A program made the position numbers and the translations under genes. DNA of 37,321 nt from a virus (taxonomy: Duplodnaviria; Caudoviricetes). The notes under the pieces were generated by a model. That model was not told where the DNA came from, made no database searches, and saw only the letters and a list, made by a program, of their open reading frames with translations. Location: the IMG/VR virus record IMGVR_UViG_3300032233_000671, positions 1 to 37,321 of that record. The stretch is one strand, 5' to 3'. Each line of letters opens with the position of its first letter. The stretch's first letter is position 1. Below, piece by piece: positions 24,892 to 34,975 of the stretch.

Positions 24892-25385
24892 CTAAGGTAG
24901 GTCGCACGCTCGTCGTTGCGACGGTTCACAAGTCCTTTAAATTCTTTACCGGACGCAAACCTGTACAACATGAATGCATCCGCGGCACCTTCAAAATCGC
25001 CGCGGTTGTGTTTCATGCGCATACTAGACTTTTGCAGTGCGCCTAACCCAGCATTGAACGAAAAAGAACAGAGTGCGTCAAAGCGCCCTTGAGTAAGATT
25101 AGCGGGGCAAAGACGTAATACGCCTCGCTCAAACTTAGCCAAATCTGCTTGCAAAATACTATCGACTTCGTCATCCGACAAGGTTCGATCCCATTCTTTT
25201 GGGCAAGAGTAAAACCCTGTAGCTTTGGCATGTTTACGCTCCTCTAATGTCATGGCCATGTGTGCTGGCGGGGCTATTAAATGACCCACGCCGGTGGTCC
25301 ATAAGAGAACAACGTCAAGATACGGCTTCTTCCTGACGCCCTCATGGTGCCGTAGCATCTGCCTGGCTTTGTCGGACATTCTCAT
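24888..25385 (-). CDS. Endolysin, GH24 lysozyme
   Basis: HEGVRKKPYLD....WTTGVGH (E-x8-D-x5-T), FDALCSFSFN.G, GLVNRRNDE. Confidence 0.92.
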   Translation of the reverse strand: MRMSDKARQMLRHHEGVRKKPYLDVVLLWTTGVGHLIAPPAHMAMTLEERKHAKATGFYSCPKEWDRTLSDDEVDSILQADLAKFERGVLRLCPANLTQGRFDALCSFSFNAGLGALQKSSMRMKHNRGDFEGAADAFMLYRFASGKEFKGLVNRRNDERATYLS

Positions 25386-25867
25386 TTTTTACTAAACGCC
25401 TGAGTGCCAAACCAAAACGCGATAATGGACGCCAAAATCTGCATCTCATCAGCGTCAAACACTTCTTTGATTGCTTCCATGAATGGCACGCCAGTAGACC
25501 ACGCCCACCAGATACTGGCCATATCAACGGCGATTAACAATCCTACAAACAAATACGTTACTACTGGACGAACCGATGCGCGAAGGTTGATTACCCATTG
25601 GGACGCGCCTTGACCGATTGCTATGTCGTGCGCATACATCGCCTGACGTTCAGCAGAGGTGGCTTCAATCTGCAAATGCTGCGTATGAATTTCTTCGATA
25701 CGCTCTTGCGATTGCAGACCCGCAGCCTGTAGTCTTAGCTGAGACTCAATCTGTAACTGGGCTAACTCTAACTCGTGCTTCTTGTCAGACTTGTCTTGAA
25801 AAAAGTCTAGTAACTTTGGTAGACCACCCATCAAAAACGATAGCGCGGTGGAAATTAGTGTCATCAT
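25382..25867 (-). CDS. Holin-like protein (3TM-holin type)
   Basis: LRASVRPVVTY and IAFWFG motifs; two C-terminal TM segments; precedes the lysozyme. Confidence 0.65.
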   Translation of the reverse strand: MMTLISTALSFLMGGLPKLLDFFQDKSDKKHELELAQLQIESQLRLQAAGLQSQERIEEIHTQHLQIEATSAERQAMYAHDIAIGQGASQWVINLRASVRPVVTYLFVGLLIAVDMASIWWAWSTGVPFMEAIKEVFDADEMQILASIIAFWFGTQAFSKK

Positions 25868-26130
25868 TTTTTACCTCTTTCTTCCATAAGTTTGATACGT
25901 ACTTGTAAGTCGTGGATGTCGTTGTAAATAGCTTCTTTAAGTTTATGTCTTTGCTCGGCAGATAACGGGCTATCAGTTGGCACACCTTGTGGAGTAATCA
26001 GTGCTGGCATCTGACCTTCTATTTTTACTAAGCGCTCGTTGAAAGAGCCGACTGAGTTTAACAACCAGATTATTGCCGACACTAACATTGGCAAAAGAAT
26101 CTTAGCTATGTCTTCCATCTTAAAGTTCAT
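25864..26130 (-). CDS. Membrane-anchored coiled-coil protein (lysis region)
   Basis: N-terminal hydrophobic helix; ATGA coupling. Confidence 0.65.
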   Translation of the reverse strand: MNFKMEDIAKILLPMLVSAIIWLLNSVGSFNERLVKIEGQMPALITPQGVPTDSPLSAEQRHKLKEAIYNDIHDLQVRIKLMEERGKK

Positions 26131-26747
26131 TGCGCCCCCTGATCAAACATCCATTTAATAAACCATGCAAACCCTGCGATGATTAGCGTAATAACAAAAC
26201 CGCCAACACAGTTGTAGACTATGTTTAGCGTGCGTTGTAGTTTTCTTTTCTTGCGCATCTTTTCCGCTGCAATAGCTAGGCGTGCTTCTGTGGCAGCTTT
26301 ACGCGCTGCTTCAGCTTTCTCTTCACGTTCTTTGCGTAAACGGCTTAGACGATCCCAGAACTCGTCCCACATGCCTGACTCATCGAAATGATAAATCATA
26401 ATGTGCTTAATCTGCGCGTAGTATTGTTTGATCTCCCGATCCATCGCCATCATTTCCATGACGTACTCGGCGTCCGAGATTGGGTCTGCTACTGGCTCAC
26501 CAGCGGCTATTGCTAAGTCTTGTGCTTTCTTTGCTTCTTCTAAGTTGTTGCGGCCAAGCTCGTATTTGCTTGCGGCTGTGAAAAACTTTTTCACCGGCGA
26601 AAGTGATTCGCCCAACTTCTTACCTGACTCGACGCATTCGTGGATGCTATCGACTGCTTCTTTTGCCTCGTCGGCGGCGGATTTGATGCTATTAACTACT
26701 AGCTTTACACCCTGTATTGCTAACCCTATTGTAATCGGGTCGATCAT
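26127..26747 (-). CDS. Coiled-coil protein with C-terminal TM (lysis region)
   Basis: MIDPITI N-terminus, charged coil, C-terminal TM. Confidence 0.65.
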   Translation of the reverse strand: MIDPITIGLAIQGVKLVVNSIKSAADEAKEAVDSIHECVESGKKLGESLSPVKKFFTAASKYELGRNNLEEAKKAQDLAIAAGEPVADPISDAEYVMEMMAMDREIKQYYAQIKHIMIYHFDESGMWDEFWDRLSRLRKEREEKAEAARKAATEARLAIAAEKMRKKRKLQRTLNIVYNCVGGFVITLIIAGFAWFIKWMFDQGAQ

Positions 26748-26968
26748 TATTTATCCTGTTTGGCCTCTAAGCGATCAAATATCTTAGTTAGCATATCTTT
26801 TATATCACGCATGTCTTCGCGATAATCCTCGCGGTTGACATACATGTGCGGCATAGCACGTACGTCTACATCTAAACGGTCTATAGACTTAGACACATTG
26901 TTTAGCACCCAGCCGCCTAAAAAGCCAGTTAGCGCCACTGCTACATTAAACAAAACCTGGCTGTCCAT
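26747..26968 (-). CDS. Small membrane protein (lysis region)
   Basis: N-terminal TM plus YVNREDY..IFDRLE coil. Confidence 0.65.
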   Translation of the reverse strand: MDSQVLFNVAVALTGFLGGWVLNNVSKSIDRLDVDVRAMPHMYVNREDYREDMRDIKDMLTKIFDRLEAKQDK

Positions 26969-26971
26969 GCA

Positions 26972-27592
26972 TCACTCGTAAAGAATGTTAATAGAGCCAG
27001 CGTCAAATGTATCAGTGCCGTTAACGGTGGTGATACGCACGCGATCTAAAGTACCACCAAGAGCTATAGAAGTTGCACCAAGAGATACTGTTGCTAAATT
27101 ACTATAACCAATAAGACAAGTTCCAGACCAAGTGTTTGATGTTAAATTTGCAAAAGTTACTAACCCGTTTCTTAAGTTGGCTGCAGTTCCAGTAGCAGAA
27201 CGTTCTAAAGCTAAACCTGTTGTAAATATTGCAGCATTAACACCTGTTGATGTGGAGTCAACAGACCCTAAATAGCTAGTAGCTTGTATACCGCCAGATG
27301 TTCCTAATTGAACTTGAACAATAGATGATCCATTTGTACTAACACCACTAAACATTACAGTAATACGTTTGACCCATGACGGTATGCCTGTAAAGTCTAT
27401 GGACGTACCAGATGTTGACGCAACAGCAGTACCTGCAATTAGTGGCGCTAATGTGCCAGTAGCTGCGACTAAAGTTTGTGTGTTGGTACCTGCTACCGCT
27501 GGGGCTGCAAAAGTAATCGAACCCGAGGTAGAACCTTGAACCGATAGTGGTGGTGTGGATATACCGGCTGTGCCGTCAAGAGTAATCGTCAT
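26972..27592 (-). CDS. Secondary tail fibre / receptor-binding-type protein
   Basis: ASTSGTSIDFTGIPSWVKRITV..FDAGSINILYE; G/T/S-rich. Confidence 0.65.
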   Translation of the reverse strand: MTITLDGTAGISTPPLSVQGSTSGSITFAAPAVAGTNTQTLVAATGTLAPLIAGTAVASTSGTSIDFTGIPSWVKRITVMFSGVSTNGSSIVQVQLGTSGGIQATSYLGSVDSTSTGVNAAIFTTGLALERSATGTAANLRNGLVTFANLTSNTWSGTCLIGYSNLATVSLGATSIALGGTLDRVRITTVNGTDTFDAGSINILYE

Positions 27593-27738
27593 TCTGCTGC
27601 CTCCGGTGTGTTGCCTTCTTCAATCCAAGCTTTAAATTCTGGATAGTCTTCTGTGCAAGTTAAACGACATAAACCATCGTCATCTATACGAGCGTAGATT
27701 GTTTTTCCTTCATTAGTTGTAAGAATTTTAAATATCAT
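27589..27738 (-). CDS. Tail fibre chaperone-like protein (49 aa)
   Basis: MIFKILTTNEGKTIYARIDDDGLCRLTCTEDYPEFKAWIEEGNTPEAAE; ATGA overlaps at both ends. Confidence 0.65.
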   Translation of the reverse strand: MIFKILTTNEGKTIYARIDDDGLCRLTCTEDYPEFKAWIEEGNTPEAAE

Positions 27739-28907
27739 AGTTCAGCACTCCAACCTAAATAAATATTTGCGGCAGAACAATTACTAAAACAAGCATTTCC
27801 AGCAGTTAATCCAGAAGCTACTGTAAATAATGTATTTGCTTCTGATACATTTGCAATGTTGAATGTTGGAACAGAAGAACAAGCAACGCCAGTTCCTACA
27901 TTATTTGTTATTAAATAATTTGCAGCAGTACCTGTTTGCTCTAATGCAGTAGGGGAGGTTCTCATAGTAACTGGGAATGGAGAATTAACAAGCGCAGTAG
28001 TAGTTCCTAAAACTTGTCCCATACCAAATCTTGATCCAGTTGCAGAAGAATATTGTCTGTAATAATAACGCTGACACATCATTAATTCACGACCGTAATC
28101 TCTGACGTCAAAGCTAGTAGCTGTAGTACCCTTCTCCAATTGGACACTTGTGAGATAGAACGTTGCTCCAGAGGTTCCAATAACCGATGTTGCGCCTGTG
28201 ACAGAACGATAGTCTGTACCAGACCATGAGCCTGCGGTTCCGCTATAAGTTGATCCAGTCCCTAATGAGAAGTTTAAAACTATTCCTGTTCCATTTGTAG
28301 TAAGCCAAGTACCACTAATATCGCCAACAATAGTTACTGATTTTAATTCCCAAGTATTTGCTGCCGATATAGTGTATGAAAATGGATATGTTCGTGTGTT
28401 ATCGCTATTACGCAACGCACCACCAAAAGTTCCAGTTAAACTTGAATATACCCAAAACGATATAGTTACAGTAGCAGCAGAAGCTGTACCCCATGCTAAA
28501 TCAGCTACATTTAAACCTTCTATTCTTTGTTGAACTGTAAATACATCCGTAGAAGTTACTGAATAAGCAGACAATGAAGTACAGCCTAAATACTTAGAAT
28601 ATCCAACAGGTGGAGTAACAGAGCCGGCATTTTGACCAATTTTAAATTTACTAGTTTGCGTAGATTGGACAGCCCATCTATCTAAGTAATATGCCCCATT
28701 AACAGCGGGATTAACTTCAGCACCAGCATTACGCTGATCTATAACCATCGCACCATTTATCAGACGATTTTTAAACCCGAAAGTGTTTGGTAAATCTGCG
28801 TTTTGAACGAAGGTAGCATTTAACCCCGTGCTTAAAGTGATAGCATCGGTGCCACCTACCTGTATGGCGCCTGACCCGTCGACGTTTGCTTTTAATCCTA
28901 CACTCAT
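27735..28907 (-). CDS. Tail fibre with carbohydrate-binding-like domain
   Basis: KNRLINGAMVIDQR..DRW..QRIEG..VQLEKG..EL..CQRYY. Confidence 0.75.
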   Translation of the reverse strand: MSVGLKANVDGSGAIQVGGTDAITLSTGLNATFVQNADLPNTFGFKNRLINGAMVIDQRNAGAEVNPAVNGAYYLDRWAVQSTQTSKFKIGQNAGSVTPPVGYSKYLGCTSLSAYSVTSTDVFTVQQRIEGLNVADLAWGTASAATVTISFWVYSSLTGTFGGALRNSDNTRTYPFSYTISAANTWELKSVTIVGDISGTWLTTNGTGIVLNFSLGTGSTYSGTAGSWSGTDYRSVTGATSVIGTSGATFYLTSVQLEKGTTATSFDVRDYGRELMMCQRYYYRQYSSATGSRFGMGQVLGTTTALVNSPFPVTMRTSPTALEQTGTAANYLITNNVGTGVACSSVPTFNIANVSEANTLFTVASGLTAGNACFSNCSAANIYLGWSAEL

Positions 28908-29125
28908 TTGATTGCCTCTTTAATTTCTTCTGGCGTAGACGCAGAATTAATTTGTGTTTGCATAGCTGCGTATTTATCGCGTACTGCTTGTCGTGCAGTC
29001 TCAGCCGCTATTGCTTCATTAGGAATAGTAGCTTTAATATCTAATGGAGCAAATTCTTCTGCTCGTTTAGCGCGACGAATATCGTGCGCAATATTCTTAG
29101 CTTTGTCGATGTTAATGGTAATCAT
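28904..29125 (-). CDS. Tail fibre chaperone-like protein, part B (start MITINIDKAK)
   Basis: ATGA overlap with the 63-aa gene. Confidence 0.6.
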   Translation of the reverse strand: MITINIDKAKNIAHDIRRAKRAEEFAPLDIKATIPNEAIAAETARQAVRDKYAAMQTQINSASTPEEIKEAIK

Positions 29126-29313
29126 TCTGCATACTCCCAAGCATTACGAAAGGTACGATCCGTTGGCACATCATCCGCGTCAATAATTTTGTATGGTCTA
29201 TTTGGTGGTACGTCTTTAGCAGCTATTTCTTCGATCGTTAGACCACATTCCGCCGCAGGAACTATGATAGCTACGCCACCGTCATCTGTTGGATAAATTA
29301 TTCTTGAATTCAT
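29122..29313 (-). CDS. Tail fibre chaperone-like protein, part A
   Basis: IAAKDVP..YKIID..PTDRTFRNAW; GAGGA SD. Confidence 0.6.
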   Translation of the reverse strand: MNSRIIYPTDDGGVAIIVPAAECGLTIEEIAAKDVPPNRPYKIIDADDVPTDRTFRNAWEYAE

Positions 29314-29322
29314 TTTGTCCTC

Positions 29323-29823
29323 TTAACGGAATACTGAAACATAAACATAATCTGCATCGAATAATGTTGATTGATTCGTTAAAACTCTAGCAGCAGATAC
29401 AGATGGAGTTGTTGCTGATGATAATGTAATATTATTTAAGTTATTACTATTAATTCTGCAAAGTCCATTTATTCCATAATTTACATCTGGCATAGAAGTA
29501 GTAAAATTTACTGTGTAGTCCCCTGTGCCGTTATCAGTAATGCTTGTTACATTTCCTGATCCACGAATAGCGACTGTTCCTGTACCATTAAAGTTTACCC
29601 ATGCACGGCAGCCGTATGCAACAGCAGAAGAACCATAACCAGAGTTAAAAGATAGATTGCCTGGTACAGATGTTGCACCGGCAAATGTAGCAACTTGTGC
29701 GCTAGATAGTGTTAGTGCAGTCGTGCCTGCACCGGTGCCTGTCTTAAATTCAAACGCACCAGCGTTATCTGCTGAAAGCGATAAGCCATTCGTGGCGTTA
29801 CCGGCGGTAATTACTGTTGACAT
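29323..29823 (-). CDS. Short tail fibre / tip protein
   Basis: AWVNFNGTG..NVTSITDNGTGDYTVNF..MPDVNY tip motif. Confidence 0.7.
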   Translation of the reverse strand: MSTVITAGNATNGLSLSADNAGAFEFKTGTGAGTTALTLSSAQVATFAGATSVPGNLSFNSGYGSSAVAYGCRAWVNFNGTGTVAIRGSGNVTSITDNGTGDYTVNFTTSMPDVNYGINGLCRINSNNLNNITLSSATTPSVSAARVLTNQSTLFDADYVYVSVFR

Positions 29824-29832
29824 AATCTATCC

Positions 29833-30723
29833 TTAAATAATCACCCACCGTGAGCCGGTAGGTACAGTGACAATAATTGGTGCGGTGATAGTAGTTGCCG
29901 ATACGTTTTGCGATGCGCTAACTGTATAAGTACCTACGCCGCCAGTGCCAGTTCCTAATACAGTGATTGTTGTACCTGCGGTTACACCTGTACCGTCAAT
30001 AATAGAGCCTACACCTAACACACCTGTGGTTATTGCGGTAATCGTTAATGTCGTACCTGCAATACTACCCGTGCCTTCAAACGTAGGCCCTGTTGTCAAA
30101 ACACCTGTTGACATAGCATTTTTGCCAGCCGTAATTGTATAGCTAAGAGTAATAATCTGGTCGTTTTCATACAGGATTGTACTGCCGCCGCCGCCACTTC
30201 CGCCACCGCCGCCGCCTATCGCACCCCAACCACTAGCGCCATAGCCTTCAAATTGATCTAACGTAGTGTTGTAGCGAATCATGCCTTCTGCTGGCACTGC
30301 TGGACGGTCAGAAGTTGCACCAGTTTGCAATTGCGTATAGCCAAAGCCAGAAAAGGTTACGTCGCCTGTGGCGGATAGTTCAGTAAAAGCGCCAGTGTTA
30401 GGCTCTACATCGCCGATTGGTGGTGATGAACCGAACGACAGATTGTCCAATGGCACCACGATATTATCGGTAGTAAATTGGGTAACGTCATTAGAATCGG
30501 TGACAAGAAATTTGTATGAGACGGTAGGTTGTAGCCAGATGTTGGCCATACCGCGCGCGTCTAAGATGATTGGGTTAGTGTTGGCGGTAGCGCCGACCTG
30601 GTCAACATAAGTCGCAATTGGTGTCGTTGTGCCACCCGCGTAGGTGTACACCTTACCTAACACTAACGGATTACCGTTGGCATCAAAAAACTGCTGCTTA
30701 GGGGTTGGAGTTAATGAAGCCAT
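29833..30723 (-). CDS. Tailspike-position adaptor with P22 head-binding-like N-terminus
   Basis: [27 protein letters not shown]; follows the ejection genes as P22 gp9 does; poly-Gly linker. Confidence 0.7.
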   Translation of the reverse strand: MASLTPTPKQQFFDANGNPLVLGKVYTYAGGTTTPIATYVDQVGATANTNPIILDARGMANIWLQPTVSYKFLVTDSNDVTQFTTDNIVVPLDNLSFGSSPPIGDVEPNTGAFTELSATGDVTFSGFGYTQLQTGATSDRPAVPAEGMIRYNTTLDQFEGYGASGWGAIGGGGGGSGGGGSTILYENDQIITLSYTITAGKNAMSTGVLTTGPTFEGTGSIAGTTLTITAITTGVLGVGSIIDGTGVTAGTTITVLGTGTGGVGTYTVSASQNVSATTITAPIIVTVPTGSRWVII

Positions 30724-30732
30724 TTAATCACC

Positions 30733-32856
30733 TTATCTTTGCGTGTCAATAACTCGTACTGGTTCATTCGCTAACGCGTTGCTATTATACCTATCAGGTG
30801 CCAGCGAGTTAACTGCTGCTGCCGTACCGCCTGTAGATAAAATTTTAGATTCTACTGACCAAGTTTGCGGGTTATTTAAAAGTTTAAGTACTCGAATACG
30901 TTCGCCTGCGGGCAAAGTCTCTAACAGATGCTGCGCGTTCTCTGGGCTTTTGGATGCCTCAGTTAAATACTGCATAGTTTTTTTGCCTATCTTGTTTTCC
31001 AAGATATTTAACGCTTTGTTTGTTGTAGCAGCAACTGCGCTCAAATATGACGGCAGTCTAAACTTCGTCATATTCTCTAGCAACACTTGTTTCAATGCGT
31101 CTTGACCACCTTCAACTTGCGACTTAACTTTAGCGTCGCGGATTACTTTGTTGGCCTCTGTTTTAAGCGTGGCCAAAGTTGAGTCGGCTAACTCGGTGGC
31201 TATGTTGTAGTTGCCCTTACCTAAGAACTTTTCTACAACTTCCGGCGATTCGTTAGTAACTAATTTAACAAACTCATCTTTATTAGTTTTAAACAATTTT
31301 AATGCTTCGCCAGACAAACGCTTTTCAGCAATCTGTTGCATGCCTTTGGTGTAGTCATCTAAGTACTGCTTCCAGCCCGTACCACCGCTAGCTTCAATCG
31401 CATCATCTATTAACGGCTTTATGTCACTAAGTACACCGGCAGCAAGATTGCGCTGTGAGGTAGCGTCCATGCCTGGGCGTAATTGTTGGATCGCAGCAGT
31501 AACCGAATTCTTACGAATAGCTTCTAAAGCTTTAGCGTCAATGATGCCGTTCTTAGCCGTCCATTGTGCGATGTCTCTAGCCACATTATCGGCTGCACCC
31601 ATGATGATGTCGTTACCCGCATACTCTGGATTAGACTTAATTCTATTGATGCTGCTTACAAGTGATGCGCTCTCTAACGGTTTGATACCGTTAACGCGTA
31701 ATGTATCTGCGGCTGCTTGCGCAAAGCGTGCGCCTTGGCCTAAATCAAGTGATGCGTTAGCGGCCTTAGACGCCCACTCATCAGCTTTTACCGCTAACTC
31801 ACCTGCGTAGCTGTGTCTAGCTGCACCAACTGGTAAGTTGCGCTTAATCATATCTAAGCGTGCCCATGCTTCAGCAGCATTACCTGCGCTAATTAGATCA
31901 CGAACCTTTTGTACTTCGGCAGCAGCTTCACCACTTAGCTTACCGGCTTGCGCTTCATATTCAGCTACTTGTTTACCTAAGTTTGCACGATTCAATGCTG
32001 CATCACGTTGTGGTCCAGTTAATTTATTAAGCGCTTCTTTAGATGCTTGCAAGGTGCCTCTTACTTCAGCCGCCGTGCCGCCGCCAGCTAAGTTAGCTAA
32101 CGCATTTAATGACACTTCACCTTGCGATTCTTTAAGCGCATTTAAAAAACGTGGGTCACGTTTACTAGCGCGATCCATTAATGCTTGGAATGTTGGGCTG
32201 TTGATGTCTGCTGCGGCTTGCCCTGCGCTGACATTTTCTCCCTTAGCTGCTTTAAGTGCATTAAGCACTAAAGGTAGATCAGGACCTAACGCATCACGCG
32301 CAATATCTGCTGCTTTATTTTTTGGAATACTAAATAGGTCTTTTACTTTACCTGCAACGTAACCTACGCCTTTGCCAACTAATTGACCACCAAGCTCAAA
32401 CGTCGAGCCTTCTGCTACGTTACGCAATGGCTCAGTCGCAATCTCAGCGCCTTTACGCGGTTGTTTGACGCCCATTAAGACATCAAGACCTTCCATGTAC
32501 TCTTTACCAATGCCGTAACCAATACCGGCGCCTACTGCGCCGCCAGATACAGGGTTAATAAGTATGGTAGGGGACGCAACAGTACCCGCGCCAGCACCTA
32601 ATATGCCGCCGCCCGCCGCCGTAAGTCCTTCTACTACTGGCGCAAGGTATGGGCGAACTGCGCTGTATATTTTTTGCCCCGAATCTAATTGCTGACGTGG
32701 TGCAGGTATTTCACTAACTGTAGGCTGCAACTGCGTAGGCATTTGGCTTGCCGAACGCATACGACTAATTTCATTTGCTAATGCGGTAGCATCAGCAGTG
32801 TTGCCTGCTGCATCCGCCTTAACTAAAGCTGCGCTAAGTTGTTCAATAGTTGCCAT
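30733..32856 (-). CDS. Ejection/DNA transfer protein (P22 gp16 position)
   Basis: 707 aa, Ala-rich helical, Gly-rich hydrophobic segment; synteny. Confidence 0.6.
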   Translation of the reverse strand: MATIEQLSAALVKADAAGNTADATALANEISRMRSASQMPTQLQPTVSEIPAPRQQLDSGQKIYSAVRPYLAPVVEGLTAAGGGILGAGAGTVASPTILINPVSGGAVGAGIGYGIGKEYMEGLDVLMGVKQPRKGAEIATEPLRNVAEGSTFELGGQLVGKGVGYVAGKVKDLFSIPKNKAADIARDALGPDLPLVLNALKAAKGENVSAGQAAADINSPTFQALMDRASKRDPRFLNALKESQGEVSLNALANLAGGGTAAEVRGTLQASKEALNKLTGPQRDAALNRANLGKQVAEYEAQAGKLSGEAAAEVQKVRDLISAGNAAEAWARLDMIKRNLPVGAARHSYAGELAVKADEWASKAANASLDLGQGARFAQAAADTLRVNGIKPLESASLVSSINRIKSNPEYAGNDIIMGAADNVARDIAQWTAKNGIIDAKALEAIRKNSVTAAIQQLRPGMDATSQRNLAAGVLSDIKPLIDDAIEASGGTGWKQYLDDYTKGMQQIAEKRLSGEALKLFKTNKDEFVKLVTNESPEVVEKFLGKGNYNIATELADSTLATLKTEANKVIRDAKVKSQVEGGQDALKQVLLENMTKFRLPSYLSAVAATTNKALNILENKIGKKTMQYLTEASKSPENAQHLLETLPAGERIRVLKLLNNPQTWSVESKILSTGGTAAAVNSLAPDRYNSNALANEPVRVIDTQR

Positions 32857-32858
32857 AG

Positions 32859-34247
32859 TTATTTAGTTTTATATTTATCTATAAGCGCATCAACATTAGG
32901 CGTAGCACCTGCTTGCGACGCTCTGTTCTGTGCGTTTACTGTAGCTTTGCGAACAACGTCTTGAAGGTCACGCGCAGCAGCTACAAACTCTTTTTCGCTT
33001 TGTGCTAATGACATACGCGTAATTGCAGTGGTGGCTTTTTCGCCTTCTTTCTCAGAAATTGAACCTGCACCTTTAAGTGACTCAAACGCTTCCAAGAATG
33101 CGCCGCCTTTAATTTCTTCAAACCTTGATTGGAAATCCGATGCAGAAGTGCCAGGAACAAACCGTTCGCCAAGTCCAAAACCAACTGCGCTATTAAAGCC
33201 TGGATGAGGTGCAGTGCCTTGTTGTATAAGCTTGCCGTTTTTATCGCGTACTTCTTGTTTACCCACCAACTCGTCAATAAGAGCAATTGATCGGTTAGCG
33301 CGGTCAAGAATCTTAGGCAGCGCCTGCACTGCTGCAACATCACCTTTAGCAATAGCTTCGCCTCTAGCTTTAGCGCCTGCCATAGCCTGTTGAAATGCAG
33401 GGTCTTTTTCGCGTAATTCTTTTTCTTGCTTAAGTTTAAGCTCTGCGCCTTGAATACCTTCGGTTTTCTTATTATGTCTAGCGGTTTCTTCTTCAGCGAA
33501 AGTTTGAGTCTTAGTAATAGACTTAGGTCCAACAAGTTGACCATATGTTGGGCTGTTCGGATTTAAGTCTCTAAACTCAATTGTGCGACCCGCCTCTACT
33601 TTTTCAGGTTTGGCTTCTTTAAGTTTAATTGCGTCTAAAACAGGCAACAATTTTTCTAAACTTCCCATACGAAGTTTCATAAAATTTGCATTACCACCTG
33701 TCATACGGTCTTGTAATTCAGCTTGCTCTAGTTTAGCCAATCCAGTGTCGGCTTCTTCTTGTGTAATATATTTTTTACTTAACGCATCATAAATATTTGC
33801 TTTAAATTCAGCAGGGTTAGCTGATTTAGAAACAGATTCCCATGCATGGGTCATTTTTTTCTTGTTTAAATCAAATTCGTTTGCCGCTGTAGTAGATTCA
33901 GCTTGCTTAGTTTGTGCTTTAGCTTTTAATACATTAGCTTGCGCTGCTTCTGCTTCAGCCAAAGTTTTTCTGTGCGCCACTAATCCCGATATATCCCCAG
34001 CGCCAATATACGCTTTCTCAATTAATCTATTTATTTCACTAGGCGGCGCGCCTTCCGGCGCTTTAGACAATATGTCGCGCATAGCATTTTTTTGCTGATT
34101 TGCGCGTGCTAATTCCATCATCTGCATTCCGCCAAGCATGTTCTGCTGATTTGCGCGAGATAACTCTGCTGCACGCGCAGCATGCACCATGGGTGATTCA
34201 ATTTGTGCGGGGCGAAGACCTAACGCAATATTTGGATCGATTGGCAT
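32859..34247 (-). CDS. Ejection/DNA transfer protein (P22 gp20 position)
   Basis: 462 aa helical; LKGAGSISEKEG motif; synteny. Confidence 0.6.
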   Translation of the reverse strand: MPIDPNIALGLRPAQIESPMVHAARAAELSRANQQNMLGGMQMMELARANQQKNAMRDILSKAPEGAPPSEINRLIEKAYIGAGDISGLVAHRKTLAEAEAAQANVLKAKAQTKQAESTTAANEFDLNKKKMTHAWESVSKSANPAEFKANIYDALSKKYITQEEADTGLAKLEQAELQDRMTGGNANFMKLRMGSLEKLLPVLDAIKLKEAKPEKVEAGRTIEFRDLNPNSPTYGQLVGPKSITKTQTFAEEETARHNKKTEGIQGAELKLKQEKELREKDPAFQQAMAGAKARGEAIAKGDVAAVQALPKILDRANRSIALIDELVGKQEVRDKNGKLIQQGTAPHPGFNSAVGFGLGERFVPGTSASDFQSRFEEIKGGAFLEAFESLKGAGSISEKEGEKATTAITRMSLAQSEKEFVAAARDLQDVVRKATVNAQNRASQAGATPNVDALIDKYKTK

Positions 34248-34249
34248 GA

Positions 34250-34975
34250 TTATGTTCCTGGATAAGCTCTATTCATAAATGTATCAAATTGATTCTGCTG
34301 ATTTTTCATAGCTTGATTGCCCATGTAATAATTAGCACCTTGACCAATAGCGTTAGATATAGCATTAGATGAGCCTATGTAACCAGACGCTCTAGCGTTG
34401 CCAGCATTAATGGCCGATTCACCCAATACGTTACCTAAGTTGCCCGCAGCATTAGTTAAAGTATTAGCTGAAGTTTGTGCTTGCCCTGCCAAACTTTGCA
34501 ATGGATTTAAACGTGCTTGGCGTTCTGCTTGATATCGATTAAATGCATTTTGATATTCATTAGTAGCGTAGTCTTGACCAAACTGAGTAACGCCACGCAA
34601 TTGATTACCACCAAGTAATCCGCCACGCGCAGCAGCACTTCGATCCAATGCTTTAACGCCTTCATTTAATCTAAATGCATAGCCTGGGTCTTTGTACATA
34701 TCTTGGCCAGTAAACGGCTGCGCTAAACTGCCATACCCCGCGGCTTTAGTATTTCCACTAAGCCCTAACAAATCTAATAGTTCGTTTTGACCTTTTAATC
34801 CAGCTTCACGAAATGGGGCTTGTAGTTCGACTTGTTTGTCAAACATTTCTTTTTGAACGCGACCTTGCTCTTCTGAAGCAGCAACTTGCGCGCCTGCTGC
34901 GCTACTTGCGGCTCTTGATCCCATTACGCCACTAACTACAGTTGCACCTGCAACGGCTACTAGTCCCCATGTCAT
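34250..34975 (-). CDS. P22 gp7-like ejection protein
   Basis: Hydrophobic N-terminus, APFREAG, DPGYAFRL..G..A..SAAARGGLLGG. Confidence 0.75.
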   Translation of the reverse strand: MTWGLVAVAGATVVSGVMGSRAASSAAGAQVAASEEQGRVQKEMFDKQVELQAPFREAGLKGQNELLDLLGLSGNTKAAGYGSLAQPFTGQDMYKDPGYAFRLNEGVKALDRSAAARGGLLGGNQLRGVTQFGQDYATNEYQNAFNRYQAERQARLNPLQSLAGQAQTSANTLTNAAGNLGNVLGESAINAGNARASGYIGSSNAISNAIGQGANYYMGNQAMKNQQNQFDTFMNRAYPGT

